A stretch of 64,000 nt of DNA from Promethearchaeota archaeon (GTDB lineage Archaea; Asgardarchaeota; Lokiarchaeia; Sigyniarchaeales; SOKP01): contig JBHLOC010000012.1 of NCBI GenBank assembly GCA_048940925.1, positions 1 through 64,000 of the forward strand. Reading direction: 5' to 3'. The first letter of the stretch is position 1; every line of letters begins with the position of its first letter. The position numbers and the translations under genes were made by a program. The notes under the pieces are model-generated. The model did not search any database, had not been told where the DNA came from, and worked only from the letters and a program-made list of their open reading frames with translations. This document shows, one piece after another, positions 9,766 through 19,131 of this stretch.

Positions 9766-10605
9766 TTATCCATATTTATACAATCGCTCTAAATCTTCTT
9801 GTAAAAGATTAATTTCTGCTGCCTTTGCATTATCTTCAACATGAACTTTATTGAATGCTTTAGGAATAGTAATTACATTATCATGATTTATAAGCCATGC
9901 AATCGCAATTTGTTGTATCGTACAGTTATATTTGATTGCGAGTTCTTCTAATACTTCTTTTATTTTACCTTGTATTTTAGTATAACCTTTATGTGCGAGT
10001 GGACTATAGGCTGTTACAGTGATTCCATTTTTTTGATAATAAGAAAGAGATTTATGAATGTATCTTTGATTAGTTATATTTATGTGAAGTTGATTATTAA
10101 CTAACTCTTCCTTTTTGAGAGATTCCTGGGCCTTTTTAAATTGTTTCAATGAGAAGTTACTAACTCCAATATACCTAGTCTTTCCATCATCAACTAAAGT
10201 CTCAAGAACATTCATTTCCTTTCTAATCGATATAAATTTTGAAGGCCAATGGATTAAATAAAGATCTAAATAATCAATTCCTAATCGTTTTAAACTCTTA
10301 TTAGCTGCTTTTTTCATAGATTTCTTTCTAAAATGAATAGGAAATAATTTGGAAGTAATAAATAAATTATCACGAGTATATTCCCTAATAAGTTCTCCTA
10401 ATACTTTCTCTGCTTTACCCATCCCATAAAGCTCTGCAGTATCAATATGGGTCATTCCTAATTCAATACCCTTTCTCAATGCAGATTTAATATTTTCATA
10501 ATAGTCTTTACCTTTAAAGAAACCTTTTAACCGTGATGTACCCCAAAGACCTTGTCCTAATACAGGAATTTTTTCTCCTGTTTTTCCTAATTCTACATAT
10601 CTCAT
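9766..10605 (-). CDS. Aldo/keto reductase
   Basis: LGQGLW, IDTAELYG, LFITSK, DLYLIHWP, IGVSNF, AYSPL, IPKA. Confidence 0.95.
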   Translation of the reverse strand: MRYVELGKTGEKIPVLGQGLWGTSRLKGFFKGKDYYENIKSALRKGIELGMTHIDTAELYGMGKAEKVLGELIREYTRDNLFITSKLFPIHFRKKSMKKAANKSLKRLGIDYLDLYLIHWPSKFISIRKEMNVLETLVDDGKTRYIGVSNFSLKQFKKAQESLKKEELVNNQLHINITNQRYIHKSLSYYQKNGITVTAYSPLAHKGYTKIQGKIKEVLEELAIKYNCTIQQIAIAWLINHDNVITIPKAFNKVHVEDNAKAAEINLLQEDLERLYKYG

Positions 10606-11116
10606 ATTAATTATTTATATAAATTTAGGATTTTATTTCTTTATTTAAAAAGTTATAAAACCTTTTAAAGAAAAAGTTATTTTTATTTACACTTCTTGTA
10701 AAATCCTTTATGATTTATTAATTATGAATTGATTCTTTAAGAAAAATATTAAGTAATTATTCTGCTCTGTTGTCGTCATTAATATCAGTAAAATTACTTA
10801 ATTCACTTCTGTTGTGAAAAAAGCAACAACTCTGGGAAATATCATAATCATTTTCAGAAATCCCAAAATTTTTTTTTTCCAACTGTTTAGATATTTTATG
10901 AATCGTTTCATCAGTTTAAGCAGAGAAAACGAGATTAATAAAACTTTTACTTATAGTCTAATAAAATTATACTTATTTCTTTTATCAAAAGTATCTTTTA
11001 AACAAAATTTTTTTTTTGAACCAAACATTCCCATGTTGCCATATTAATCTTCGTTTTATGTTTTAGAATCAATATTTCTTTATATCTAGGTTAAAAAAGT
11101 GATTAATATATGACAT

Positions 11117-12055
11117 TTAAAAATTTACATAAAGCCATTTTAATAGTCTCTGGTTAAATTCAAATAAGTTTTCCATATTTGACAAATGTCCTGCAGAAGG
11201 GATAATTTCTAAAACGGCTTTGGAAGTGATATTTTTCATCTGTATTGCTATTTCTTGGGGTGTTATAATATCATTCTTCCCAACTATTATCAAGCTATTT
11301 ATTTTTAAATTTTTTAATACAATAGAAGTATCATTTCGACCAGTCATTCCATTTAATGCATGAATAACACCTAAAGCTTTTTGTTTTTTCATTAAATTTA
11401 GAATTTGTTTTGCAATTTCTGGTTTTTCATGTTTAGTACTCTGAGAAATAATGCGTAAATAGAGATTATCTATGAAGAATTTTACCTTATCATCTTTTTC
11501 ATACATTTGCTGTATGTTAATTATTGATCTTTTATTTTCTGAATATGATTCAAGTGATTTTCCTAAAATTTTTATTGTGTTTAGCCTATTCTGCTTTTGT
11601 TCTTCCGTATCAGCATATGGTTTTGTATCAATTAAAAGTACTCCTTCTATATTATTTGGATTGTTTTTAAGATATTCAAGTGCAATGTATCCTCCCATAG
11701 AACAGCCTCCAATGATAAATTTCTTGATTTTAAAATAATTAATTATTTCAGTTATAGAATTGACATAAGGTAAAAGATCTACAGGTTTTGAATTAAATAC
11801 TTTGCTATCTCCGAATCCAGGCATATCTAATAAGAAAATTCTTATTTTTCCTTTTTCTGAAGAGATTTTATCTAGAGCTCTCATAAAATCTTTATCTTCA
11901 AAGTTCTTTACATACATCTCAGAATCAAAAGGAAAGGCGTGTATCAAAATGATATCATAAGCATTTTTAAGATTTTTTTGAGATTCTAAAGGGAATGTAA
12001 TTTGTTTTCCAGATATTTTTAAACCTGAATTTATTTTAACTTTAAATTTTTTCAT
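11117..12055 (-). CDS. Alpha/beta hydrolase
   Basis: HAFP, DMPGFGDS, nucleophile elbow GCSMGG, GKNDII, AGHLSNME. Confidence 0.9.
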   Translation of the reverse strand: MKKFKVKINSGLKISGKQITFPLESQKNLKNAYDIILIHAFPFDSEMYVKNFEDKDFMRALDKISSEKGKIRIFLLDMPGFGDSKVFNSKPVDLLPYVNSITEIINYFKIKKFIIGGCSMGGYIALEYLKNNPNNIEGVLLIDTKPYADTEEQKQNRLNTIKILGKSLESYSENKRSIINIQQMYEKDDKVKFFIDNLYLRIISQSTKHEKPEIAKQILNLMKKQKALGVIHALNGMTGRNDTSIVLKNLKINSLIIVGKNDIITPQEIAIQMKNITSKAVLEIIPSAGHLSNMENLFEFNQRLLKWLYVNF

Positions 12056-12229
12056 TCTTCAATCTCGTTTTCAATTTTATATCTCTATTTTCTATGTTGA
12101 ATGATTAGGAATTCTATTTCCGTTGTAAATAGATAATTTAATTATCCATTTATTCAAATCGTTTATAAAATCTAGAAATTATAGTGGTTAAATTTATAAT
12201 TTCTTCATTTAAATCTAAACTGATAGTTG

Positions 12230-12255
12230 TATTTCTAATAAAACTATTAGAAATA
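12230..12255. promoter_or_regulatory. Perfect 11-bp inverted repeat TATTTCTAATA-AAAC-TATTAGAAATA in the SOR leader
   Basis: Lies between a TATA-like TTTATAAT (12193-12200) and the SOR start. Confidence 0.45.
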
Positions 12256-12270
12256 AAAAATTATGAGTAA

Positions 12271-12675
12271 GTGTTCTTAAAAATGGTAGATTTAAATAAT
12301 TTATTTCAAAGTGCTGATTGGAAAACAGAAAAACATACTCCTGTTATTGAAGTAATTAAAGAAGCTAAAAAGGGTGAGCCTATTGACATAAAAGTCATGG
12401 TAGGAAAGGAAATAGCTCATCCTAACACTACAGAACATCATATAGGATGGATTGATGTGTACTTCTTACCTGAAGGAGAAAAATTTCCTTATCAGATTGG
12501 AAAATCTGAGTTTACTGCTCATGGCGCTTCTGTAAACGGAGCAAACTCAAGTACAATATATTCAGACCCAATAACCACCCTTACATTTAAAACAGAAAAA
12601 TCTGGTTCAGTTATCGCTTTTTCTTTCTGTAATATTCATGGATTATGGCAAAATACATTGGAACTCAAATTTTAA
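12271..12675 (+). CDS. sor: Superoxide reductase (neelaredoxin-like, class II SORL); true start may be ATG 12283
   Basis: EKHTP, HPNTTEHHIGWI and CNIHGLW iron-ligand motifs. Confidence 0.93.
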   Translation: MFLKMVDLNNLFQSADWKTEKHTPVIEVIKEAKKGEPIDIKVMVGKEIAHPNTTEHHIGWIDVYFLPEGEKFPYQIGKSEFTAHGASVNGANSSTIYSDPITTLTFKTEKSGSVIAFSFCNIHGLWQNTLELKF

Positions 12676-12897
12676 CAAATTTAAATAATATCTTAATTTT
12701 TTTTTTCTTATCTTCAAAAAGAATTGGAATTATAGTGTCCAAAATTGAAAAATTTATACTTTAAAAGTTCAATCCCGATAATGCTTTCTTTTTATTTGTA
12801 AGAAATTAAATCTTCTTTACCTTAATCAAGAGAATAATTATTAGAGAAAATTACTAGTGGTTACAATAGAAATTAAATACTCTAAGAGGTGAAATTT

Positions 12898-13266
12898 TTG
12901 TCTGAATCAAAAGAAATAGAAAAAGAAGAAAAAGAAATTAAGACTGAGATTGAAAAAAAAGAAGATACACCAGTAAAATTAAGAGCATTTCCGCAGATTT
13001 ATACTTTCACCAATGAAGAAGGTAATGGATATGATATAGAAATTTATTTACCTGGAGTAGAAAAAGAGACTATTGAATTAAAGATGAATAAAGATTATAT
13101 CACTGTATCTGGTGAAACTGAAACTGTTAGGTATACAGGATCTTATGAATTATGTTGCCCAATTGAGCCTGAAAAAGCAATTTCCACATATAAAGAAGGT
13201 TTACTGAAGATCCATGTACCTTTTAAAGAGGTTGAAATGCACACCGTTAATGTAAAAATCGAATAA
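12898..13266 (+). CDS. Small heat-shock protein (Hsp20)
   Basis: LPGVEKETIEL and A(I)STYKEGLLKIHVP alpha-crystallin motifs; TTG start 6 nt after GAGGTG (the track's GTG at 12889 overlaps the RBS). Confidence 0.85.
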   Translation: MSESKEIEKEEKEIKTEIEKKEDTPVKLRAFPQIYTFTNEEGNGYDIEIYLPGVEKETIELKMNKDYITVSGETETVRYTGSYELCCPIEPEKAISTYKEGLLKIHVPFKEVEMHTVNVKIE

Positions 13267-13350
13267 ATCTTTTTTTTCTTTATTTTTTTAATAATTGCTC
13301 AATTACTTTTAACTTATTTAAAAACACATAATTAGTTGAGGTGTATTTAT

Positions 13351-13500
13351 ATAAAAGAATTTAAAGAATGTATTGAAAATGTTCAAGATAAAAAAATAAT
13401 TCCTCATAATACCCAACATATGTTAAAAGACATTGACCTTGATGAGGAAATATTCATTCAAGAAATATGTAAAAGCTTAGGAAAGAGATCTTCTTCTTAA
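13351..13500 (+). CDS. Putative 49-aa protein with ATA start (not in the ORF track)
   Basis: GAGGTG at 13338-13343, then ATA and 49 open codons (IKEFKECIENVQDKK...GKRSSS). Confidence 0.35.
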   Translation: MKEFKECIENVQDKKIIPHNTQHMLKDIDLDEEIFIQEICKSLGKRSSS

Positions 13501-13608
13501 ATCATTCTTATCAATATTTTATTGAAATATTTATTGAATGTGAAACATATATAGGTCTGAGAAGCATATGTGTTAATAAAAAAGACAAAAATTTAAATAT
13601 AGAAAGAA

Positions 13609-14367
13609 TTAATTTTGAATTTCATTTCGGAGTTGTACTAATCTTTTTGGTTGGTTTGTAAAAATAGCGTCAATATATTTATCATTATACTTCATGCGTA
13701 AGAATTTTTGCATTGAACGTTTAAAGAGAACACCCCAAATGTAAAATTTAAATCCTGATTCTTTGATTTTTTTGAATAATTCAAAATTAGCATAATTATA
13801 GTTGATGTTAATTCCCTCAACATTTAAATTTCTCATATCTTCAAGTTCTAAATGTTTTTCAGAGATCACAGAATATTTTAATAAAACAGAATTGATTAAA
13901 GTAACGTTTTTGTCAATTTCTCTAATTTTAGAAAAAATTGAAGGGAGAGAGTTGAAGTATATGGATGGTTTGGCAATCTCTATATTTTCAATTAATCCAT
14001 ATTCTTTAGCAACTTCTATGATTTTTATTCCTATTTCAGGAGTCATTATATCAAAATTATATTTTATATTATATTTTTCAAAAGCATTGAATAACTCATG
14101 AAGAGTAGGTATTGATTCACCATTGTTTAATCTGAATTTTTTAATTTCTTCAAGCGTTAAATCTTGAATCGAAATGCTATCAGCTTTTATTTTGAGAATA
14201 TTATAAGAACATAAAACCACTTCTCCATCTTTTGATAACCTAGCTTCTGTTTTTATCCCATCGACACCAATATCAATTGCATTATGAAAAGATGATAATG
14301 TATTTTGTGTACCTATGAATCCAGATCCTCTATGTCCCCATATGAACGTCCTGTTCAAATTATACAC
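13609..14367 (-). CDS. Glycerophosphodiester phosphodiesterase-fold protein with degenerate active site
   Basis: WGHRG, QNTLSSF, LSKDGEVV, IPTLHE, DAIFTNQP; metal and second-His residues substituted. Confidence 0.85.
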   Translation of the reverse strand: MYNLNRTFIWGHRGSGFIGTQNTLSSFHNAIDIGVDGIKTEARLSKDGEVVLCSYNILKIKADSISIQDLTLEEIKKFRLNNGESIPTLHELFNAFEKYNIKYNFDIMTPEIGIKIIEVAKEYGLIENIEIAKPSIYFNSLPSIFSKIREIDKNVTLINSVLLKYSVISEKHLELEDMRNLNVEGININYNYANFELFKKIKESGFKFYIWGVLFKRSMQKFLRMKYNDKYIDAIFTNQPKRLVQLRNEIQN

Positions 14368-14890
14368 CTCCCATTTCCTTGTTTATTTCTAATCCTAATC
14401 TTACAAGGTCAAAAAAAACTACTGCATATTGAATATCACCTTGAATATTAAGATCGCCAATTAAAAACTCGCTAATAGGTATTAGATTTCCTTTAAGAAT
14501 TTGATTCATCGTTTTTTGAGGACAAGAGACTATAATCGAAGGATTATCTTTTATGCCATTACCACTTCTATATATTCCATTTCCAAATTCAACCCAGAAA
14601 CTGAAATCCGAATTTGAAAGATTAATCTGGATAACTTTTTTTTTGAAAAAAGATAATTCTTCTTTAAATTCTTCACTTTTGAGAGATAATCGCTCAAACA
14701 TTTTATTGATTTTAAATATATTTCTATTAATACAACAATTCTCACATACAAATTCATTAATTGAAAAATAACCACACTCTACCATAAAGCATTCCCATTG
14801 ATTTGTATCACTATCAAAATTAATACTATATGCACATTGTAATGGTAAAGTTTCAATTACTTTTCCGCAGCTAGAACAAGTTAAGCGCAT
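14360..14890 (-). CDS. Cys-rich Zn-binding domain fused to SCP2 sterol/lipid carrier domain
   Basis: N-terminal CSSC..C..C..C..CENCC; C-terminal ILKGNL..EFLIGDLNIQGD SCP2 signature; stop overlaps the GDPD start. Confidence 0.8.
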   Translation of the reverse strand: MRLTCSSCGKVIETLPLQCAYSINFDSDTNQWECFMVECGYFSINEFVCENCCINRNIFKINKMFERLSLKSEEFKEELSFFKKKVIQINLSNSDFSFWVEFGNGIYRSGNGIKDNPSIIVSCPQKTMNQILKGNLIPISEFLIGDLNIQGDIQYAVVFFDLVRLGLEINKEMGGV

Positions 14891-15169
14891 TTTAATAACA
14901 CCTATTTAATTTTATTTAAATTAAATTAATGGGTTCATTCTTTATCATAAAAAATTTTTAAGAACTCATAATATCATTAAGATACAAAATAGATTTTTTA
15001 AAAACAAGCTCTCAGAACAATAATATTTTTGGAATTCTAAATTATAAAATTAAAATAGAATTCTTGCTAATCTTTTAAAAATTAAATTGACAAGTAGAAA
15101 TAAGAGTACAACCTTAATAGGGCATTTGTGTTAGAAGTAAAAAATTGAATTCCTTCGATATATTATTGA

Positions 15170-15751
15170 TTAGATATAATTAATCCAATCTGATTTATAC
15201 TTACCTATTATATTATGATCTTCTTCCAATACTTTGATTAAATTATTATATTTCCTATGAATCATTTTCCTATCAAATTCTTGACCTTCTCTAAGCATGG
15301 CTTCTTGTTCTTCCTTTGCGAAATAATCCATGACTGGGATAAAGAAGTGCTTATCTTCTTTTTCAATATGTTTAGGGTAAAAGTCAATTAATAATTTAAT
15401 TTTTTCAATGAGATTTCCTATCATATTTTTATCCCCCTTAACATATTTATTTTTCGCTTCAACCAATTCTCCCGTCGTTTTTCTTCCAAATATGTGTTCT
15501 TCAATAAGTTCATTCATGATCTTTTCATGATCTTCTGAAATCTCTTTCTTTTTAAGCTCCCTAAAGAGAATATCTTCCTCTTTACCATGATGTGTTTGAT
15601 CAGCATAAGTTCTTATGAAATCAACTACATTGTCAATGAAAATAGGATTGAAATCATTGATATTTTTTATATTTTCAAGTTCAATTTTAAGAACTTCTAT
15701 CATCCTTTCAATTAATCTGTGTTCGACCATTAAGGGCCCAATGAGTAGCAT
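15170..15751 (-). CDS. Hemerythrin/HHE cation-binding protein
   Basis: EHRLI, HHGKEE, EEHIFGR, HIEKED. Confidence 0.92.
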   Translation of the reverse strand: MLLIGPLMVEHRLIERMIEVLKIELENIKNINDFNPIFIDNVVDFIRTYADQTHHGKEEDILFRELKKKEISEDHEKIMNELIEEHIFGRKTTGELVEAKNKYVKGDKNMIGNLIEKIKLLIDFYPKHIEKEDKHFFIPVMDYFAKEEQEAMLREGQEFDRKMIHRKYNNLIKVLEEDHNIIGKYKSDWINYI

Positions 15752-15962
15752 TTTATTAAAACCATCATGTTATTTTTATTTCTAGATTTTTTAATATCGT
15801 TAAATAATATCAACTAATATATATAATTTTTAAAACTTATTCTATAACAGGATAACACGAGATCAAATATGATCCTATTAAATATTAATATTAACTCCCA
15901 GAGCATAATTAAATAAAGAAAATTAGCTTATTGTTTTTTATACTATAAAAATATGAAAATTA

Positions 15963-17204
15963 ATGAATGCTATAAAATTAGCTGAAGATATATTTTGGGT
16001 TGGCGCTAATGTCCATACTGAAGATTTATTTGAAGGAATCTGGCCTATACCTAATGGAGTAGCGCTTAATGCTTACGTTGTTATTGGAGACAAAATTGCA
16101 ATTATTGAGCTAGTTCGACAATGGGGAGGTGCTGCACAGACCTTATTGAAAAATCTTAAAACGCTTTCTATATCTTTTCAAGATATTGATTATATTGTAC
16201 TTAATCATCTTGAACCAGATCATACAGGTTTCACCTACATAATACGTTCCTTAGCTCCTAAATCCCAGATAATAACTACTGAAAGAGGAGCAGCTTTAGT
16301 TGATGGTTTTTATGAGATAAAAGAAAATATTCAAATAGTAAAAACAGGAGATGAAATAAATTTAGGTAAAAATAAAAAGCTTGTTTTTACTGAGATCCCC
16401 CACGTTCATTGGCCAGAAACAATGGTAACATTTGAAACAGATTCAAAAATATTATTTTCTGGTGATGCATTTGGATCATTTGGAGTTCATCAAGGAAGCA
16501 TTTTTGATGATGAAACCCCAGACGTAAACAAACCGTATTGGGAAAAAGAAATGTTAAGATATTATGCAAATATCATAGCAATGTTCTCTCCAAACGTTAT
16601 TAAAGCTATTGATTCGGTTTCTAACTTAGATATTAAAATGGTTGCTCCATCTCATGGATTAATTTGGAGAAGCAAACCTGGAGTAGTTATTAAAAAGTAT
16701 ATCCGTTATGCCAATTATAATAAAAAGTATGCTGAACCCGAGATATGTGTAGTTTGGGGTAGTATGTATGGAAATACAGAAGTCATGTTAAATGCTGTTT
16801 TAAAAGGAATATCTGAAGAGGGTATACCAGTTAATGTTCATCGTGTTCCAAATGAGGATGTATCCTATATTCTTGCTGATGCTTATAAATCTGCTGGTTT
16901 AGTAATAGGAGCACCTACTTATGAATATAGCATGTTTCCCCCTATGAGATATTTTATGGAATTATTACATAAAAAGCATATATGGTATAAAAAAGTGCTT
17001 TATTTTGGATCTTATGGATGGAGTGGGGGCGCTCAAAAAGATTTTAATAATTTAGCTGAAAATATGCATTGGGACGTTCTTGAACCACTAACATTTAAAG
17101 GTCATCCTACAATAGAACAACTTGAAAAAGGAGAGAAATTAGCGAAGGAGTTAGCTAGTCAAGTTAAAGAAATACCTTCTAAAATTAAAGATGAGGATTA
17201 TTAA
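15963..17204 (+). CDS. fprA: Flavodiiron protein (FprA, O2/NO reductase)
   Basis: HLEPDH, HWPE, SGDAFG and PSHG diiron motifs; flavodoxin domain SMYGNT, FGSYGWSGG. Confidence 0.95.
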   Translation: MNAIKLAEDIFWVGANVHTEDLFEGIWPIPNGVALNAYVVIGDKIAIIELVRQWGGAAQTLLKNLKTLSISFQDIDYIVLNHLEPDHTGFTYIIRSLAPKSQIITTERGAALVDGFYEIKENIQIVKTGDEINLGKNKKLVFTEIPHVHWPETMVTFETDSKILFSGDAFGSFGVHQGSIFDDETPDVNKPYWEKEMLRYYANIIAMFSPNVIKAIDSVSNLDIKMVAPSHGLIWRSKPGVVIKKYIRYANYNKKYAEPEICVVWGSMYGNTEVMLNAVLKGISEEGIPVNVHRVPNEDVSYILADAYKSAGLVIGAPTYEYSMFPPMRYFMELLHKKHIWYKKVLYFGSYGWSGGAQKDFNNLAENMHWDVLEPLTFKGHPTIEQLEKGEKLAKELASQVKEIPSKIKDEDY

Positions 17205-17313
17205 TTTTTGTAAGTATAATTTTTTTATTCAAAAATTCTATTAACTAAAATCTAATATTTTCTTCAGGTATTTAATAAAATTTCTATATTTATTAGGCAA
17301 AATACTTTTATAC

Positions 17314-17328
17314 TTAATTGACAATTAA
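17314..17328. promoter_or_regulatory. Inverted repeat TTAATTG-A-CAATTAA between TATA-like box and RBS of ldh
   Basis: TTTTATA at 17306-17312, dyad at 17314-17328, GAGGTGG at 17333-17339. Confidence 0.4.
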
Positions 17329-17349
17329 TTACGAGGTGGTATTTTAATC

Positions 17350-18315
17350 TTGAAAAATGAAAGTTTACATCCTAAAATTTCTATAATAGGTTGTGGAAAT
17401 GTTGGTACTCGATATGCTTATGCTTTAATTATAAAAGGAATTGCTCGAGAAATTGTAATGGTTGACATAAATCGTAAGAGATTAGAAGGCGACGTTATGG
17501 ATTTATCTCATACTGCGCCGTATACAAGTCCCGTAGATATAATTCCTGGAACTTATGAAGATATAGTAAATTCTGATATAGTCGTAATTACCGCAGGCAA
17601 GAATCAAAAGCCTGGTGAAACCAGACTTGATTTAGCAAAAAAAAATATAGAATTATTAAAACAAATTATTCCCAAAATACAAGATCATGTTCCAGATGCT
17701 ATTTATTTAATCGTTTCAAATCCAGTTGATATATTATCCTATGCTACCTATAAAATTTCTGGAAAGCCTAAAAATGAAGTCATGGGTTCAGGAACAACAT
17801 TAGATACTGCGAGATTTAGATTCTTACTCGCAAAATATTGCAATGTAAATGCTAGTAACGTGCATGCATACATTCTGGGAGAACATGGTGATAGTGAATT
17901 TGCGGTGTGGAGTAGTGCTATGATTGGGGGGACATATATTAAAAATTATTGTGATATGAGGGAAATTATTAATTCTAATGATTCTGACAAAAAATTTCAA
18001 AAAATTTTTGAAGAAGTGAGAAATTCTGCATATGAAATAATAGAGAGAAAAGGCGAAACATCTTATGGTATTGGTTTGGCACTAGCACGAATTTCTCAAG
18101 CTATTATTAATGATGAGAATACAATTTTACCAATCTCAACTCTTATTGAAGATTATTATGGAATAAATGATGTGTATTTAAGCTTACCAAGTATTGTAAA
18201 TAAAAATGGTGTACAAGAAACTCTTAAAATCGAATTAAATGATGAAGAAATAAAAAATTTCAGATATTCTGCTAATAAGCTTAAAGATGTGATTAAAAAA
18301 GCAGACCTGAATTAA
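17350..18315 (+). CDS. ldh: L-lactate dehydrogenase
   Basis: GCGNVG, specificity loop AGKNQKPGETRLDL (Gln = LDH rather than MDH), SNPVD, DTARF, GEHGD. Confidence 0.92.
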   Translation: MKNESLHPKISIIGCGNVGTRYAYALIIKGIAREIVMVDINRKRLEGDVMDLSHTAPYTSPVDIIPGTYEDIVNSDIVVITAGKNQKPGETRLDLAKKNIELLKQIIPKIQDHVPDAIYLIVSNPVDILSYATYKISGKPKNEVMGSGTTLDTARFRFLLAKYCNVNASNVHAYILGEHGDSEFAVWSSAMIGGTYIKNYCDMREIINSNDSDKKFQKIFEEVRNSAYEIIERKGETSYGIGLALARISQAIINDENTILPISTLIEDYYGINDVYLSLPSIVNKNGVQETLKIELNDEEIKNFRYSANKLKDVIKKADLN

Positions 18316-18382
18316 TATTTGTTTTAAAAATAAGATGATTTTAAACGGTTAATATAAAAAAAAAAAGAAAAATGAGTTAATA

Positions 18383-18673
18383 TTATTTTTCTCCTATTAA
18401 TTCTTTGACTTCTTCTTTTCCTTCTTCTAATTCTTCTTGTTGTTGGGGATCATGCTTTAATAGTAGATATTGAAATTCACCTACATGTTCTTTTTCTTCT
18501 TTAGCAACATCTAGAAGTACCATTTTCAAGTGTTTATTCTCTGTAAGATTCGCCATTTGTTCATAAAGATTAATAGCATCTAATTCAGCTAAAATTCCGG
18601 TTCTGAGTATCTGTTTATCTAAATCTTCTTTCTTTACTTTTTCTAAAAGAATAGGTATTTTCGCTAAAGTCAT
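18383..18673 (-). CDS. Ferritin-like protein of the encapsulated-ferritin (EncFtn/Flp) type
   Basis: AELDAINLYEQ and EEKEHVGEF...DP motifs; GGAGGT RBS. Confidence 0.88.
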   Translation of the reverse strand: MTLAKIPILLEKVKKEDLDKQILRTGILAELDAINLYEQMANLTENKHLKMVLLDVAKEEKEHVGEFQYLLLKHDPQQQEELEEGKEEVKELIGEK

Positions 18674-18900
18674 TTCATTACCTCCTTTTTTTATTATTAT
18701 TGACTTGATTTATTATCTTGAAAACTCATTAGATAATTTATAAAGATATGGCATAAAAATGCTAGGAGCTTTTAATCTCAGTTTAAGATAATAAATTAAT
18801 AGTAAAAAATTTTATAATACTCTTTTAGTTTTCATTTATCATTTATATGCCTTCTTGAAAAATATATGAATTTTAATAATAGTTAAATAAAAATTTCTGA

Positions 18901-19127
18901 AATTTTGTTATGAGGTTAGAAGATTTTTAATATTTATCAAAATTGAGGAGAATTTTACTATTAAAAAAGATACGGTTCGTATAGAAAAAGAATCAGGGAT
19001 TTCTTATGATTTTTGTTCTGATAATTCAAAAGAATGCATGAAAAGGAACAAGTTTTATAATCAAATTAGAAAAGATCTAATTAGAAGAAAATACAAAAAA
19101 TATTTTAAAAATGAGTCAGAAGAATAA
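18901..19127 (+). CDS. Possible small protein upstream of the BON gene (start uncertain)
   Basis: About 75 stop-free codons in AT-rich DNA (...KIEENFTIKKDTVRIEKESGISYDFCSDNSKECMKRNKFY...), ending 4 nt before ATG 19132. Confidence 0.35.
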
Positions 19128-19131
19128 CAGT

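Noticed and set aside
10814-11047. 77-aa intergenic ORF
   Set aside because: F/K/I-biased translation of homopolymer-rich DNA; no RBS or motif.
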